Source: Euprymna scolopes (lineage: Eukaryota). Taken from it: 64,000 nucleotides of DNA. Shown here piece by piece: positions 13,263 through 26,209 of the stretch (position 1 is the first letter of the stretch; every line of letters begins with the position of its first letter). The position numbers and the translations under genes are program-made. The stretch lies in the NCBI GenBank assembly GCA_053919585.1, contig CM132787.1; one strand, written 5' to 3'. Under the pieces are notes generated by a model. It had not been told where the DNA came from and ran no database searches. It saw only the letters and a program-made list of their open reading frames with translations.

Positions 13263-15665
13263 CACTACCAGCTGTATTTTATGTGTTTTTTGCTACAAGC
13301 TGTATTTTATATGTTTTTGCTACAAGCTATATTTTATGTTTTTGCTACAAGCTGTATTTTATGTGTTTTTTGCTACAAGTTGTATTTTATGTTTTTTGCT
13401 ACAAGCTGTATTTTATGTGTTTTTACTACAAGCTGTATTTTATGTGTTTTTACTACAAGTTGTATTTTATGTGTTTTGCTACAAGCTGTATTTTATGTTT
13501 TTTGCTACAAGCTGTATTTTATGTTTTTGCTACAAGCTGTATTTTATGTGTTTTTGCTACAAGCTGTATTTTATGTGTTTTTACTACAAGCTGTATTTAT
13601 GTGTTTTTGCTACAAGCTGTATTTTATGTGTTTTTACTACAAACTGCATTTTATGTTTTTTGCTACAAGCTGTATTTTATATGTTTTTGCTACAAGCTGT
13701 ATTTTATGTGTTTTTTGCTACAAGCTGTATTTTATATGTTTTTGCTACAAGCTGATTTTATATGTTTTTACTACCAGCTGTATTGTATATGTTTTTGATA
13801 CAAGCTGTATTTTATGTGCTTTTGCTACAATACAAGCTGTATTTTATGTGTTTTTGCTACAAGCTGTATTTCATGTTTTTTACTATAAGGTGTATTTTAT
13901 GTGTTTTTACTACAAGCTGTATTTTATGTGTTTTTACTACAAGCTGTATTTTATGCGTTTTTGCTACAAGCTGTATTTTATGTGTTTTTACTACAAGCTG
14001 TATTTTATGTGTTTTTACTACAAGCTGTAATTCATGTTTTTACTACAAGCTGTATTTGATGTATTTTTGCTACGAGCTGAATTTTATGTGTTTTTACTAC
14101 AAGCTGCATTTTATGTCTTGTTGCTACAAGCGTTATTTTATGTTTTGTTGCTACAAGCTGTATTTTATGTGTTTTTGCTACAAGCTGTATTTTATGTGTT
14201 TTTTGCTACAAGCTGTATTTTATGTGTTTTTGCTACAAACTGTATTTTATGTGATTTTACTACAAGCTGTATTTTATGTTTTTTTGCTACAAGCTGTATT
14301 TTATGTGTTTTTACTACAAGCTGTATTTTATGTGTTTTTGCTACAAGCTGTATTTTGTGTGTTTTTACTACAAGCTGTATTTTATGTTTTTTGCTACAAG
14401 CTGTATTTTATGCTTTTTGTTACAAGCTGTATTTTATATGGTTTTGCTGAAAGCTGTATGCTATATGTTTTTACTACAAGCTGTATTTTATGTGTTTTGG
14501 CTACAAGATGTATTTTATGTTTTTGCTACAAGCTGTATTTTATGTGTTTTTGCTACAAGCTGTATTTTATGTGTTTTTGCTACAAGCTGTATTTTATGTT
14601 TTTGTGCTAAAGCTGTATTTTATGTGTTTTTGCTACAAGCTGTATTTTATATGTTTTTGTTACAAGCTGTTTTTTACGTTGTTTACTGCAAGGTGTATTT
14701 TACGTGTTTTTACTACAATCTGTATTTTATGTGTTTTTGCTACAATACAAGCTGTATTTTATGTGTTTTCGCTACAAGCTGCATTTTATATGTTTTTGTT
14801 ACAAGCAGTATTTTACGTGGTTTACTGCAAGCTGTATTTTATGCGTTTTTACTACAAGCTGTATTTTAAGTGCTTTTGCTACAATACAAGCTGTATTTTA
14901 TGTGTTTTTGCTACAGGCTGTATTTTATGTGTCTTTACTAGAAGCTGTATTCTGTGTGTTTTTGCTACAAGTTTTATTTTATGTATTTTTGCTACAAGCT
15001 GTATTTTATGTGTTTTTGCTACAAGCTGTATTTTATGTGTGTTTGCTACAAGCTGTATTTTATGTGTTTTTACTACAAGCTGTATTTTATGTGTTTTTGC
15101 TACAAGCTGTATTTTATGTTTTTTGCTAAAGCTCTATTTTATGTTTTTTGCTAAAGCTGTATTTTTTGTGCTTTTGCTACAAGCTGTATTTTATGTGTTT
15201 TTGTTACAAGCTGTATTTTACGTGGTTTACTGCAAGCTGTATTTTATGTGCTTTTGCTACAATACAAGCTGTATTTTATGTTTTTTACTACAAGCTGTAT
15301 TTTATGTGTTTTTGCTGCAAGCTGTATTTTATGTTTTTGTTACAAGCTGTATTTTACGTTGTTTACTGCAAGCTGTATTTTATGTGTTTTTACTACAATA
15401 CAACTTGTATTACTTGCTACAAGCTGTATTTTATGTTTTTTTGCTAAAGCTGTATTTTATGTGTTTTTGCTACAAGCTGTATTTTATGTGTTTTTGTTAC
15501 AAGCTGTATTTTACGTGGTTTACTGCAAGCTGTATTTTATGTGCCTTTGCTACAATACAAGCTGTATTTTATGTGTTTTAACTACAAGCTGTATTTTATG
15601 TGTTTTTGCTGCAAGCTGCATTTTATGTGTTTTTACTACAATACAAGCTGTATTTTATGTGTTTT
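13263..15665. repeat. 27-bp satellite array B (richer in the GCTACAAG variant, more diverged)
   Basis: Direct reading. Confidence 0.97.
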
Positions 15666-17089
15666 TTCTTTTTTTTCACTCTTTGTAAGAAAAATCACTC
15701 ATTGAATGAGGACTGAATGACAAAATAGGAGAAGCGAGAGTTACTGGGGCTGCCGATAACACATCCACTGTATTATCTACTCTCGATTTACAAAAACGGG
15801 GGGGGAGGAGGGGAATGGGGACAAGTGACTTTTTTATATCTAAGTATTACGTCCAGTGCTAAGTTAACAATTCAGGACACTTTTGATGATAATCTCCCCT
15901 CCCATATAAATGGGTGGAAGTTTGTCGTTATCTATCGAGTTTAAATCATTAGAGTTTCAACTTATAATTAATTAAAATTCGATAATTAACTATTGTCAAT
16001 TTGTAAAGTTTGCTCAATATTAATTTACATTCGAGTTTAGATAATTATTCAAGGTTTTACTTTAGGAGGTTCGTTTTCATGAGTAACTGTTTCTTTGCAC
16101 TGTATTATATTTCGAATGTACTTGAACATAAGGCTAACTATATTAGATGGTTTGATTGGCCAGCAAGGAAGCAAGCATTTTCAATACAGGCAAGCTTGCA
16201 GTAATAGTACATATTAAGTATACTACTTAAATAAAGTCCTAAGTTTATCTACTCTATTAGAGAATAATTTCCGGCATTTTTTCTTTTATCGTTAGTTGCC
16301 GGCATTTTGTTTGTTTTTATCTTTTAACTTGGTAGCCTGAGGGGGGACGGATAATACAGGAGAATACAGACAAGAGGAAGACGGGAGAATACAGACAAAA
16401 TACATAAATAAAACACGAAAAACAAGTTTAAAAACAAGGTAACATAAAAAACCATTTAGGATTAGTTTAAAAAATACTTAACGTTTTTGTGTTTTTGCTA
16501 GAACTGTATTTTATGTATCTTTGCTACAAGCTGTATTTTATGTATTTTTGCTACAACCTGTGTTTTGTATTTTTCGTTGGTGGGGTATGTTTTTATTTTA
16601 TAAATATCAGATTCTTATTCTCGTTCAATCCCGAGAAACACCTGGTATTTCTGATAATGAGGAATTAAATTCATTGCATACATGGATATCGTTCTTGTAC
16701 TTTATTCAAATATTCAAATATTTCGACACACAATGTCTTCTTAGGCGTAGTTTTCTAATATGGCAGCCTAAAATAATAGGTTGTTTAGTGAGACATAACG
16801 CCTTCTGAGGCGAGGAGAAATAGACAAAATAAACAAAACATAAAAACGCGCGATTCATGTCAGGTGTCGACAAGGCATTGGATAAAAAGTCAAAACAAGT
16901 CAAGTGAAATGCAACAAATATTAAAATCAAGACCAGAGAAAATGGAAACGACGATCACGGAAAAAAATGGAAACGACGATCACGGAAAAAAAGCAACAAA
17001 ATCCCCCCCCCCAAAAAAAAAACTAAAAAAAAAGAACTAACACATACACACATTATAAACGACCCCTCTATTCTTCTTTCTCATCGAAG

Positions 17090-17130
17090 ATATGTTGCCA
17101 ATTTATATGTGCTCTATTGTCACTTTTATG
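17090..17130 (+). CDS. Candidate exon 1 of an unidentified spliced gene
   Basis: Pyrimidine tract plus AG at 17088-17089 and a consensus donor G|GTAAGT at 17131. Two frames stay open into the next exon. Confidence 0.3.
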
Positions 17131-17300
17131 GTAAGTGCTCGATTGAGTTTCAATCTCTGGTTCGCTTTGGAAAAAACACACAGCGGAGTCTTTCATACGT
17201 AATATAGTGATGTTGGCATTCTGTGAATGTTCAAGGTAATTGGAGGCACCCTGCTATTATTGTAGCTCTTTTGTTAAAATTGCAAAAGTATTTATCTAAG

Positions 17301-17448
17301 CTAGCAAGAACGTCCGGCGTAACCCGGTCGTCGTAAAATATGCTTAATATGATATTTTAATTCATGCAGATTTCGTATAAATTATTATAGATTCAATTTT
17401 CTATCGATTCTTATAAAGTTGCGATTTAAAAAATAATATATATATATG

Positions 17449-17484
<36 letters not shown>

Positions 17485-17668
17485 TATGACTTGAGTGTAT
17501 CAGCTTGAATTGAAACCGAAACCAAATCTTATGAAGAATTCTTTGCGAAATTAGTTATTACAAAAAAAGAAGATCATAACAATTAAAAGACAGTTACTTG
17601 AAAAAAAAAAAAAAAGATGTAAGCGTGACACACTAAATAACACACACGCTATCGTATTAATATATAGA
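17301..17668 (-). mobile_element. Non-autonomous Helitron
   Basis: The minus strand starts TCTATATATTAAT and ends with a ccgg...ccgg hairpin followed by CTAG. Confidence 0.7.
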
Positions 17669-17974
17669 TGTAGAAATAAACAGCGTTTTCCGTGAGAGAG
17701 AAGCTGCACGGAGCGTAAGAGAGCATCAGATCAGAGGTCGCTGTTAAACTCTCCAAGTAACAGTGCTTCCGATTGGCCGCTTCCCAGATGTAAAAACAAT
17801 ACAAAGAGATATCCGACTCCTATATAAACAGATATTTAATCAGGAATTAGATATTTCTGGGTTGTTTCTGAACATTTTAGATTAGGATTGATAATTTTAT
17901 TATGTTGATTGATAATTGTATTCTGTTGGTTGATAATTTTATTATATTGATTGATAATTGTATTATGTTGATTA

Positions 17975-18360
17975 ATTGGACTAGTGTTCTGATTTTGGAT
18001 ATCATTCTTCGCAAAGTTTTCGCCGATGTAACCTCTGACCTTGATCAGATGCGTTGTGGCAAACTTAAGAATATTTAGGTCGAACTTAATAACCTATACG
18101 AAATATCGAACTGAACTTAATATTTATTACACCGATATATATTACCTTTTTTCTGTAAGTCTTTATTAAGAAGAAGTTTTAAGTAATTAACACATACACC
18201 CATGTTATTACGAATATGATGCTATGTAATAATCAGTTCTAAGTTGCAGTTTTCAAGAGGTATAAGGTTCAATCCTCAAGAAAGGCAATAATAATTAAGA
18301 AAATAATACAAATTCCTTAAGGAATGATCATGGCTGATCATGGCTGACCAAACGATATAA
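17975..18360 (-). mobile_element. Degenerate Penelope-like pLTR remnant with hammerhead-like motif (18010-18053)
   Basis: The minus strand reads gcat-CTGATCA-aggtc...ggc-GAAA-actt-tgcg. Its flanks resemble the 5040-5195 and 33.2-kb pLTRs. Confidence 0.5.
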
Positions 18361-18474
18361 TTTAACCCATAGATCCATGCAGATTTCAGAGTTTGACATA
18401 AAAATCCTGTGTTTGACAAAACTTATCTAAAGAAAGTAGAGTAAAAGTGGGAAAAGAACGTTTATCTCTTTTAG

Positions 18475-18627
18475 GCAGGAATGTATCCCTTTCTGGAGAG
18501 ATGATTGTTTTTCAATACGGAGTAAATGGGAACGGACAGATGATCGTGAGGCTGAAATGGATACCTGTGATGACCACCACTCTTATCGGTTCCATAGCTC
18601 CATTTTCGTTATGGATACTCGTAACCT
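18475..18627 (+). CDS. Candidate 153-nt internal exon, product unknown
   Basis: Acceptor tttatctcttttag|, donor |gtatgt, length 3n, unique GC-richer sequence, two open frames. Confidence 0.45.
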
Positions 18628-18779
18628 GTATGTGGTTCCTCTTCTGCGCATTCGATTTGTCACCCAAAAAAGTAATGTTGAAAACTAATACCAACAAAAT
18701 AATCACGTGGTTTTACAAAGAAATTAACATGCTGTTTCATATGAAAACAAGTAAACTAAGCCGAAACTTTGTATAATCT

Positions 18780-19138
18780 TCTATATATATAAAAGGCAAA
18801 ATGTGTGTGCGTTTGTATGTGCGTGTGTGTGTTTGTATGTCTCGCAAAAACTTTCCACACAGGAGACGGATTTTTACGAGATTGGTATTATTTTAAAGCT
18901 CGAACTTTCGGACGACAAATATCGAAAAATTAGCTAAAAACATTAATTTCTTCACCCTCAACGGAAACTTTCTACAGGAAGGGGCAACAAAAAATCGTTC
19001 CTTCACGACAATCTAGCCAAATACGCATGTGCAGAAGACGTTGTTCCTTGAATTAGTTTAAATATTATAAAAAGCAACCTAAATTCGCTGACGCGTTCAT
19101 GGCGAAATGGTGAACGTGACGCCGGGCAAACCCGCTAG
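18780..19138 (+). mobile_element. Non-autonomous Helitron, tandem copy 1
   Basis: 5' TCTATATATATAAAAGGC; 3' cgggcaaacccg hairpin plus CTAG. Confidence 0.8.
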
Positions 19139-19718
19139 TCTATAATATAAAGGGCAAACATCTGTTTAAATGTATGTACGTATGTACGTTTGTATGTCTC
19201 GCAAAAACCTTCGACAATGGAGACGGATTTTCACGAAATTGGTATTTTTTTAAAGCTCGACTCTTCGGATGACAAATATCGAATAATTGACTAAAACATT
19301 AATTCTTTCACCTTCAACTAGCACTTTTTTAGAGGGAGCTATAGCAACACAATTTTCCCTTCATGACAATTTAGCAATACACGCATGCGCAAAAACGTTC
19401 TGTCTTGAATTAGTTTAAATATAAAAAACGACCTAATAATAATAAGTATAGTAGTAGCATCGTTATCTTAAGATTGCACGTTCGAGCCGACGTATCAGAT
19501 ATACGTTTTCGATTTTTAAAGCTTTAATATTGAAACAGGGTTATTTATACCATTTTTTCGCTCGTTTTTTTTTTTTTTTAATTTTCTATCACGTTTAACA
19601 GGGTTATTGCGATCGCTTATTCTTTATTTTCATTTTGTTTTGCTTTACCCCCCCCACACACACACATACACATACACACATTTCTAAACACTCGGACAAC
19701 GTCGGGTACCCCTGCTAG
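19139..19718 (+). mobile_element. Non-autonomous Helitron, tandem copy 2
   Basis: Starts TCTATAATATAAAGGGC directly after the CTAG of copy 1. The first ~300 bp are homologous to copy 1, and it ends ...cgggtacccctgCTAG|t. Confidence 0.8.
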
Positions 19719-20338
19719 TCCTACTCTGAATCTGAATAAAATATTTTTTGAGCGGTAGCATGACTCAAATAGGTTTCTGCTAAGAGGTTGTATGTAACCT
19801 CCATTTTAAATAGATAGTAAAAATGAATAAGAGTCTGTCAAACCAAACTAGAGTAACACATGTTATTTATCGTCTTTATTTACGTGCACGTGTTGATCAT
19901 TTCACTGTAAACATTCTAATATTGCTACTGAAACGTCGTATAACATTATATTATTGAACATGACCAAGAATAACATTAAAACACAACCATACCACTAACT
20001 TGCATTTACGTTGAATAAAAACCTAAATGTTATCATTTTATTTATTTATTTTTGTCTTCAAAAAGTGTGTGGCCGTCTTCTCATTTAAACTTCCGCTCGA
20101 CAACCGGAGCGTAACACACGTGGTTCTACCGAAACAAGACGAACTTTTCTATTTCCTTCTACTCCGAGGGATTGCCTTCCCCATAACACCAAAATGAAAA
20201 TAAAAACAAACAAAAAAAAACTCGCGAACCGGAGTACCTACCCGGATAAGCCTATGTATTAGTGAAATATCAGCAAAAACATAAATAAAAATGATTGTAT
20301 TATTACTTTCGACACTTCAAATTTGTGTTTTTTTACTT

Positions 20339-20392
<54 letters not shown>

Positions 20393-20420
20393 CTAATAAA
20401 TATACTTATAAATTTATATT

Positions 20421-20557
20421 NNNNNNNNNNNNNNNNNNNNNNNNNNNNNNNNNNNNNNNNNNNNNNNNNNNNNNNNNNNNNNNNNNNNNNNNNNNNNNNN
20501 NNNNNNNNNNNNNNNNNNNNNNNNNNNNNNNNNNNNNNNNNNNNNNNNNNNNNNNNN
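20421..20557. other. Assembly gap (others: 28705-28868, 30546-30681, 48203-48355, 51911-52045, 55630-55790)
   Basis: N runs. Confidence 0.99.
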
Positions 20558-20690
20558 AGAAGCACTTCTGTCGAAAGCGCTCGCGATTATGGATCCAACT
20601 TATACAATTTCGAGAAGAACACAAAAAGGACTATTCGGAGATTGGAGAAGATAAAAAGGAAAATTGTAAAACGTTAATGTTTTAATCGCT
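20558..20690 (+). mobile_element. Penelope-like 5' remnant: 3' half of a hammerhead (cut by an N-gap) plus ORF start
   Basis: agaag-ca-cttct-gtc-GAAA-gcgc-TC-gcg, followed by YGSNLYNFEKNTKRTIRRLEKIKRKIV, which resembles PLE N-termini. Confidence 0.55.
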
Positions 20691-20866
20691 GATCGATCCG
20701 CTTAGAGCTTTCGTTTATGTTTGTATAATCCTCTTTTAAAAAATCTACCTATGTGCTGAGCACTTTTGAGAAATATTGATGTTTTAGTTCAATACATTTG
20801 AACATGTTTTTTTTTATATATACGCGGCGAACTTTAAACTGACATCTCTACTTTCTTTGATTGCAG

Positions 20867-20879
20867 TCTACTGGCGAAG
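20867..20879 (+). CDS. Candidate 13-nt microexon
   Basis: CTGAC branch-like motif, pyrimidine tract, ttgcag| acceptor and AAG|gtaatt donor. Confidence 0.3.
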
Positions 20880-21869
20880 GTAATTACTAAGGCGATGCCT
20901 ATCTTCTAACCAATTACGATTAATCATACAGAGCAGCTTTAAAATGATAGTTCTGAGCTGATTTTGTTTCAGAGAGCGTTAAATCGACATATTGGTTAGG
21001 ACATATCTTTTATAGATGAAGACAAGTTATTTGGATGGATCGATATCTTTTCCCATTTATCTACATTTATCCGCAAACTTCCGCAGAATCGATTTCTTGG
21101 TGGAGTCTCTTTTCTTGTAAACAAGGAAATAAGAAAGATCGCAGCAGGCATTATTTCACGATGAACGGTTATTTCGCTTGCATATAGAATTAAATGAAGC
21201 CGTAATGATATGTTTCTTTTCTGTCCGCCCTTCTAATATTTGCGTACATGGGTTTCGCGCTTGACAATTTGCTAAGCTGACAATTTCACCTTGTTGACGC
21301 CTTCCGACCGGAGATCATCGTTGCCTTCTTCCAACATTACCCATTAAGCTTTCAATGGAAACGAAAAAGCAGAAAGTATTGTGTATGAGATAAAACAAAG
21401 ACTGATCACAGAGAGATATTTCATTCAAAGTAGGCAATCGCCATTAACGTCAATTAGATTGCCATTTCGAACAAAAATGTATTTTCTCTTAAATTAAGCG
21501 AAGATAACGTTTTATATTTCTGTTATAAGCAAGAGTAGAGTTTCAATGTAAGACCTAAATCAATGTTTGAGTCTGATTAGCCAGTAATGTTTGACACTGT
21601 GTGTGTTTGGCGGAAAAAATAATATTTAATTGGTTTCATCGTTTACATATTCCATCCATTCTAATGACATTTTTACTCATAGAAAGGAACGGCAATTCAC
21701 TTTTTGTTACAAATAAGAAATTTAAAATGAAGTCTATACTTACTGAGTATTTTTTTTACATCTATTAAAACATATATATTATATTTCCCTAATGTAGATA
21801 TTATCAATGTATTCAGAAAATGTCAATGTATTCAGAAAATCTCAATGTATTCAGAAAATAAATAAAACA

Positions 21870-22565
21870 ATTGAAGCATGAATGGTACCCCGAACGAAGC
21901 ATAAGGTTAAGCTTTTACCCACCCCCATTTAGTCCCCAAAATCCCCAGGGGACGTCAAATCATGGTGAAAATGAACAAACAGTGCAGTTTTAGACCTTAA
22001 CATATGTGAATTTGAGTTCTGCATCATGCAAAAAAAAAAAAAAAAATGACTACGTCAATCATTTGCCCCCGACTCCATTTAGCCCCAAAAGGCCCAAAGA
22101 CCTTGATATATTTAAATTTGAGTTCAGTACCATACAAAACTGCTAAATAGACACACACATAAAATTTTGGACAAATATGGTAAAATCGTCCCAAAAATGG
22201 AGTGTTTTTATTAGCCCTAAAATAGCCCCTGGGACACACCCAAGAGTTATTGCGAAGTATAGACAAACAAAATTATATAGAAATTAGTTACAACTTTTCA
22301 GAAAGTTTTATAAAAATCCAAGGCATCAATTATTTTTAATAAGCACACAAGTGTCAATTTTAGTCATTTAACTCGAAAGGTACCCCTAGGGGGGGGGCAA
22401 GCAGAATTTTTCAGGGAAATCCGTTCTATTACTTCTTTACTCATATCATGTTTAATGTTTGTGTAAAATTTCAAATATTCCAAGGCGAAGTTATTGAGAA
22501 AAGTGCGCACGGACGAATGCAAGGGTGAACTTGCAGGTCCACACTACTTTTGACGGGGAACCAAC
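21870..22565 (+). mobile_element. Probable Helentron/HINE-like non-autonomous repeat
   Basis: Terminal ggtcc...cggggaaccaa hairpin preceded by a gtgtaaaatttca...cggacg block. Assignment is by pattern only. Confidence 0.4.
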
Positions 22566-22849
22566 AATAATAATTATGCACGCTAAATTAAACCCAACAA
22601 TGCCATAGAAAACTAATACATAATTTAACGCCGAAGTAGACAATTTCTATGAAAACAAATTTAGTGAAATAATAACGTTGCTAAACAGTGATAATCTGGC
22701 ATAATGATGCCGTTTTAAAACAAAACAGAATTGTAACAAAATTTAGAACCCTTCTATCAACCCCATCAAAGCAGACAACTACGAAATTTATTTGCTCTTT
22801 AAATAAACGAAGGCTTATTTTTATATTTCCATTATAAGCAAGAGTGAAG

Positions 22850-23350
22850 TTTCCTACAAAAATGACAGACGCAGTATTGTTGCAAAGAAAGCAACATTTA
22901 AACTCCTCGACCTAACAATTATAGGTAATTTGAATTAGAATATCATTGAACATACTGCCAAGTATTCGGTAAAAAATGTAGGTTCCCTTTATCGAGCTAG
23001 AAAATTCCAATATCATATATCTCTACAAATTCACCATTCGACCACATTACATAAAGCATTGTTGGCACATCTAAACTGGTGCACCAAACACTAATTTCTA
23101 AAAGGACCTCTAATCTAATTGGTTCCATATTGTCTACCAAGCTCCAACCCCTGACCCATCGTTGCAATGTACTTTTTTTATAAGAACTTCTACGGTATGT
23201 GTTCCGAAGAACTTACTGCATTTGATTTCTTTTAACGTAAATTCTCTCCAATAACCCGATAGGAAGAAAAATAGCTCTGGTTCATTTTAGAAGTCACGAG
23301 ATATCGGATTACTTTTAAGAAAAAATATATTCACTCCTTTCGCTAGCTGT
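22850..23350 (+). mobile_element. Highly degenerate CR1-type 3' fragment
   Basis: Traces of FKLL, VGSLYRARK, LYKFTIRP, C-HI-GAP and LQPLTHRCNV, collinear with 50494-50979. Confidence 0.7.
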
Positions 23351-23569
23351 TTCCTGTCGACTACTCCCGACTGTAGTCACATGAAAAAAATATATACACA
23401 TAAAATGAACGAGCATTTCGCTGCTAACTTTCTTCTTAGGATACAACCATAAATTTTGAGGCCGAACTTATAGCATCCTCATGCATAACTTAAGTGCACT
23501 TAGACTTGAAGTGATATCACAAAACATATTGACACTATTCTTGAGTGTAAAAAATCTCTTTATATACGA

Positions 23570-23870
23570 GTTTGTCAGAATAACATGGCATGAGGATACG
23601 TTTCCCTACAGGTAAACCCTGACTAAATATTCAAAATCACACAGTATTTGCGGCCGAAATATTATCTCTTCGGTAAGGCTGACCAACACTGGCTTTTACA
23701 AGAAATGGTGAATTTTTTTTCTAAGTAATGTTACCTCAAGTAATAGCACGAAGCTGTATACTTCACCAGATAAAGTGAAATCTCGTCCTGGAATCGAGTA
23801 AGACTAAGAGACCACAAGAAATATATACTATAACAGATTTAAATGGTCAGTTGAGGAGAGTAACATTTTT
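23570..23870 (+). repeat. Dispersed repeat, inverse homologue of 43030-43330
   Basis: Shared blocks such as aaatattcaaaat, ccaacactggcttttac and ttacctcaagtaata. Confidence 0.7.
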
Positions 23871-24389
23871 CTCAACTTTTTTACCAACGCATTGTGTGCG
23901 AGGTAAAGAAGAACTTTAATGGAATAATCGAATACATATGCATCTCATATAGAGATCAGATGCTCCGGATTTATTAGAACGTCTTTGTTAATTCTAAATA
24001 TAACGTATTATTGCCCACTGTGTGTCAATGAGTTAATCATTGACTGGAACATTACCATTTTATTTCAAAAACATATCTCCGTATACCTTGCTTGAAGTTT
24101 ATTTAAAAGACCAATAATTTACCGTTTGTGATTCGACTGTGGTTTTTCATTCTTCAAAGCAACGTTTGTGCTGTTGAAATACAAATATCAAAGGGTACTC
24201 TCTAAAAAAGCTATCCATAAAAAATAAATGGACGTAAATTGCTATCAAGTATATCATCCGGAATTAAATGTATCTTGTGAATCTAGCAATTAATACCTTC
24301 ATTCATCGTTGTGAATCTAAAGTTAAAGATCCAGAAATGTAGTCTTGTATTTGAGTTTCAATTTCAAATTCGGGGAATAGATATACCTA

Positions 24390-25382
24390 CATGTTTAAGA
24401 TAAAACCATAACGTGTCTTCAATAATATCAGACCTGGCTGATGGTTAATTGTCGGTATATACCGCTCCATGCTCTCCACGAAATTCCGACAAAAGGCCAA
24501 CAGCCAGCTATGGTTCACTCCAGAATGTGCCGCTGCCATTGCACACAGAAATCACTATTACCAGTGCTTTCAACGTAACAGATGTTGTGAAACTAAATCC
24601 ACATTTAGAACTGTAAGCAATCATTATAAAAGAGTAATAATAAATGCAAGGTGTTCATATGCTCTATACTTCAAGTTTAAAGTAATTGCGCAGCGGTCTA
24701 GCTCCCATCAGTTTTGGCGAATAACGAACAGGACCTCGAACAGAAGTGTATTCTCTACCCCAACCGTCATCAACAGACCTAAGATAATATTGTCGATGCT
24801 ATTCTCTATCTGTATAAGAGCCAGGTACGCTCTAAAATGGAGTACTATTGCCAACTCTAGGCATGTGCTGCTCAGCGCTCCCAATCTTGACTTGATAGAG
24901 TTCAAAACTAGCTTCGAAACTTAGTAGGGGACTATCATTTTCACTTACTTCAACCTCTTTCCCACAGAAGTGTCGTCACAAGCTTGCCCCCGCTTTATCA
25001 CTATTTTCATGGTAAGTGCCCATTTAAACTCTAATCTATGATTTTCCTTTGCCAAACTTTCACAAAAAATACTCGACTAGCAACAACCACTATATATGAT
25101 TTGCCCCAGCGTGTATCTTTGCTTAAATCTAAACGCAGATTCCATGGACAAAGTTTCTTTCTTAGAACACTTTTGCTGGCCTTTTTCCCGGTTGAATACA
25201 ACACGATAGCCTGCAAATCCAATGTAAGCAAATTCCTGCTGAGTCATCCTCATAAATAATCAAATTCCACCCAATTGACACCATTAACGATTACTACACT
25301 ACTGTCTCACATTTATTAACCCTAAACCCTTATCCTCGAGTGGCTTTCGAGCCTTGATAAGTGGTTACTTCCAAGTAAAAAG
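24390..25382 (+). mobile_element. CR1-type LINE of the same family as 2288-4566, with the RT core deleted
   Basis: 24390-24790 matches about 4460-4075 and joins directly to sequence matching about 2895 onward. It shares the 3' end aacccttatcc..gagtgg..gccttgataagtggt. Confidence 0.85.
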
Positions 25383-25893
25383 AAGGTCTACAAAACCAGT
25401 GAAGTATAAAAATAAATGGATAAAATCGCTGAATGCTAGGAAAATTAAGCTGGGAAGAAACAGACATTCTGGATTGTGATAAAAAAGAAACATTGCTTCA
25501 GTCCTGAAGTATTTCTTCACCACTAAATGATGAACAAAAAGATGGAACGTACTATCGAAACAGATATTACACTTCTCTCAAATTAAAAAAAGTCATCATG
25601 TTAATCATTTACAAATTTCCTGCATCTAAATGAGAATTGACTACACACAACTTATTTCGCCTGTTTATATTAAGGAGAAAAAAAAAACGAAGAAGAATAA
25701 GAAATGAAAGAAGAAGAAGAAGAAGAAGAAGAAGAAGAAAATAGACAGAAATAATGAACTTCAATTAAGATTTATTAAAAATAATATAAATCACGTGGCC
25801 ATCTGCCAAATTTGTTTCAGATAATTCATTATCTTCCTTTGTGTTTTCATACTAAAAATCTAGCCTAGAGAAACATGTCCTAATGAGACTGTT

Positions 25894-25981
<88 letters not shown>

Positions 25982-26089
25982 GCTTTTACATCTAGTTGAG
26001 ATTACTTTATAAATATTAATTCTTTAATATTTATAATATACTTTAGTTTTACCATCTTGGATCATTTTGGTAAATTTAATTGTAATTTT

Positions 26090-26163
<74 letters not shown>

Positions 26164-26165
26164 AT

Positions 26166-26209
26166 CCACATACGGTACTGTTTCGCTGTTTCACAGCTTA
26201 TAAGTGCGG
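26166..26209 (-). ncRNA. Type I hammerhead ribozyme, core mutated
   Basis: ccgca-CTTATAA-gctgt(gaa)acagc-GAAA-cagtaccg-TA-tgtgg. Confidence 0.7.

Noticed and set aside
10459-15688. Long ORFs (up to 425 aa) and CRISPR-like regularity
   Set aside because: These arise from a tandem 27-bp satellite with few stops on one strand. There are no unique spacers and no cas genes.
17770-17830. ATTGG (CCAAT) plus TATATAAA promoter-like pair
   Set aside because: Both motifs are common in AT-rich DNA and there is no independent support.
20291-20677. ORFs spanning N runs or (TA)n/(TG)n
   Set aside because: These are artefacts of gaps and microsatellites.
20973-21170. Further exons of the candidate gene
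   Set aside because: The region contains WLGHI and GGVSFLVNK words suggestive of decayed LINE sequence, and the splice choice is ambiguous.
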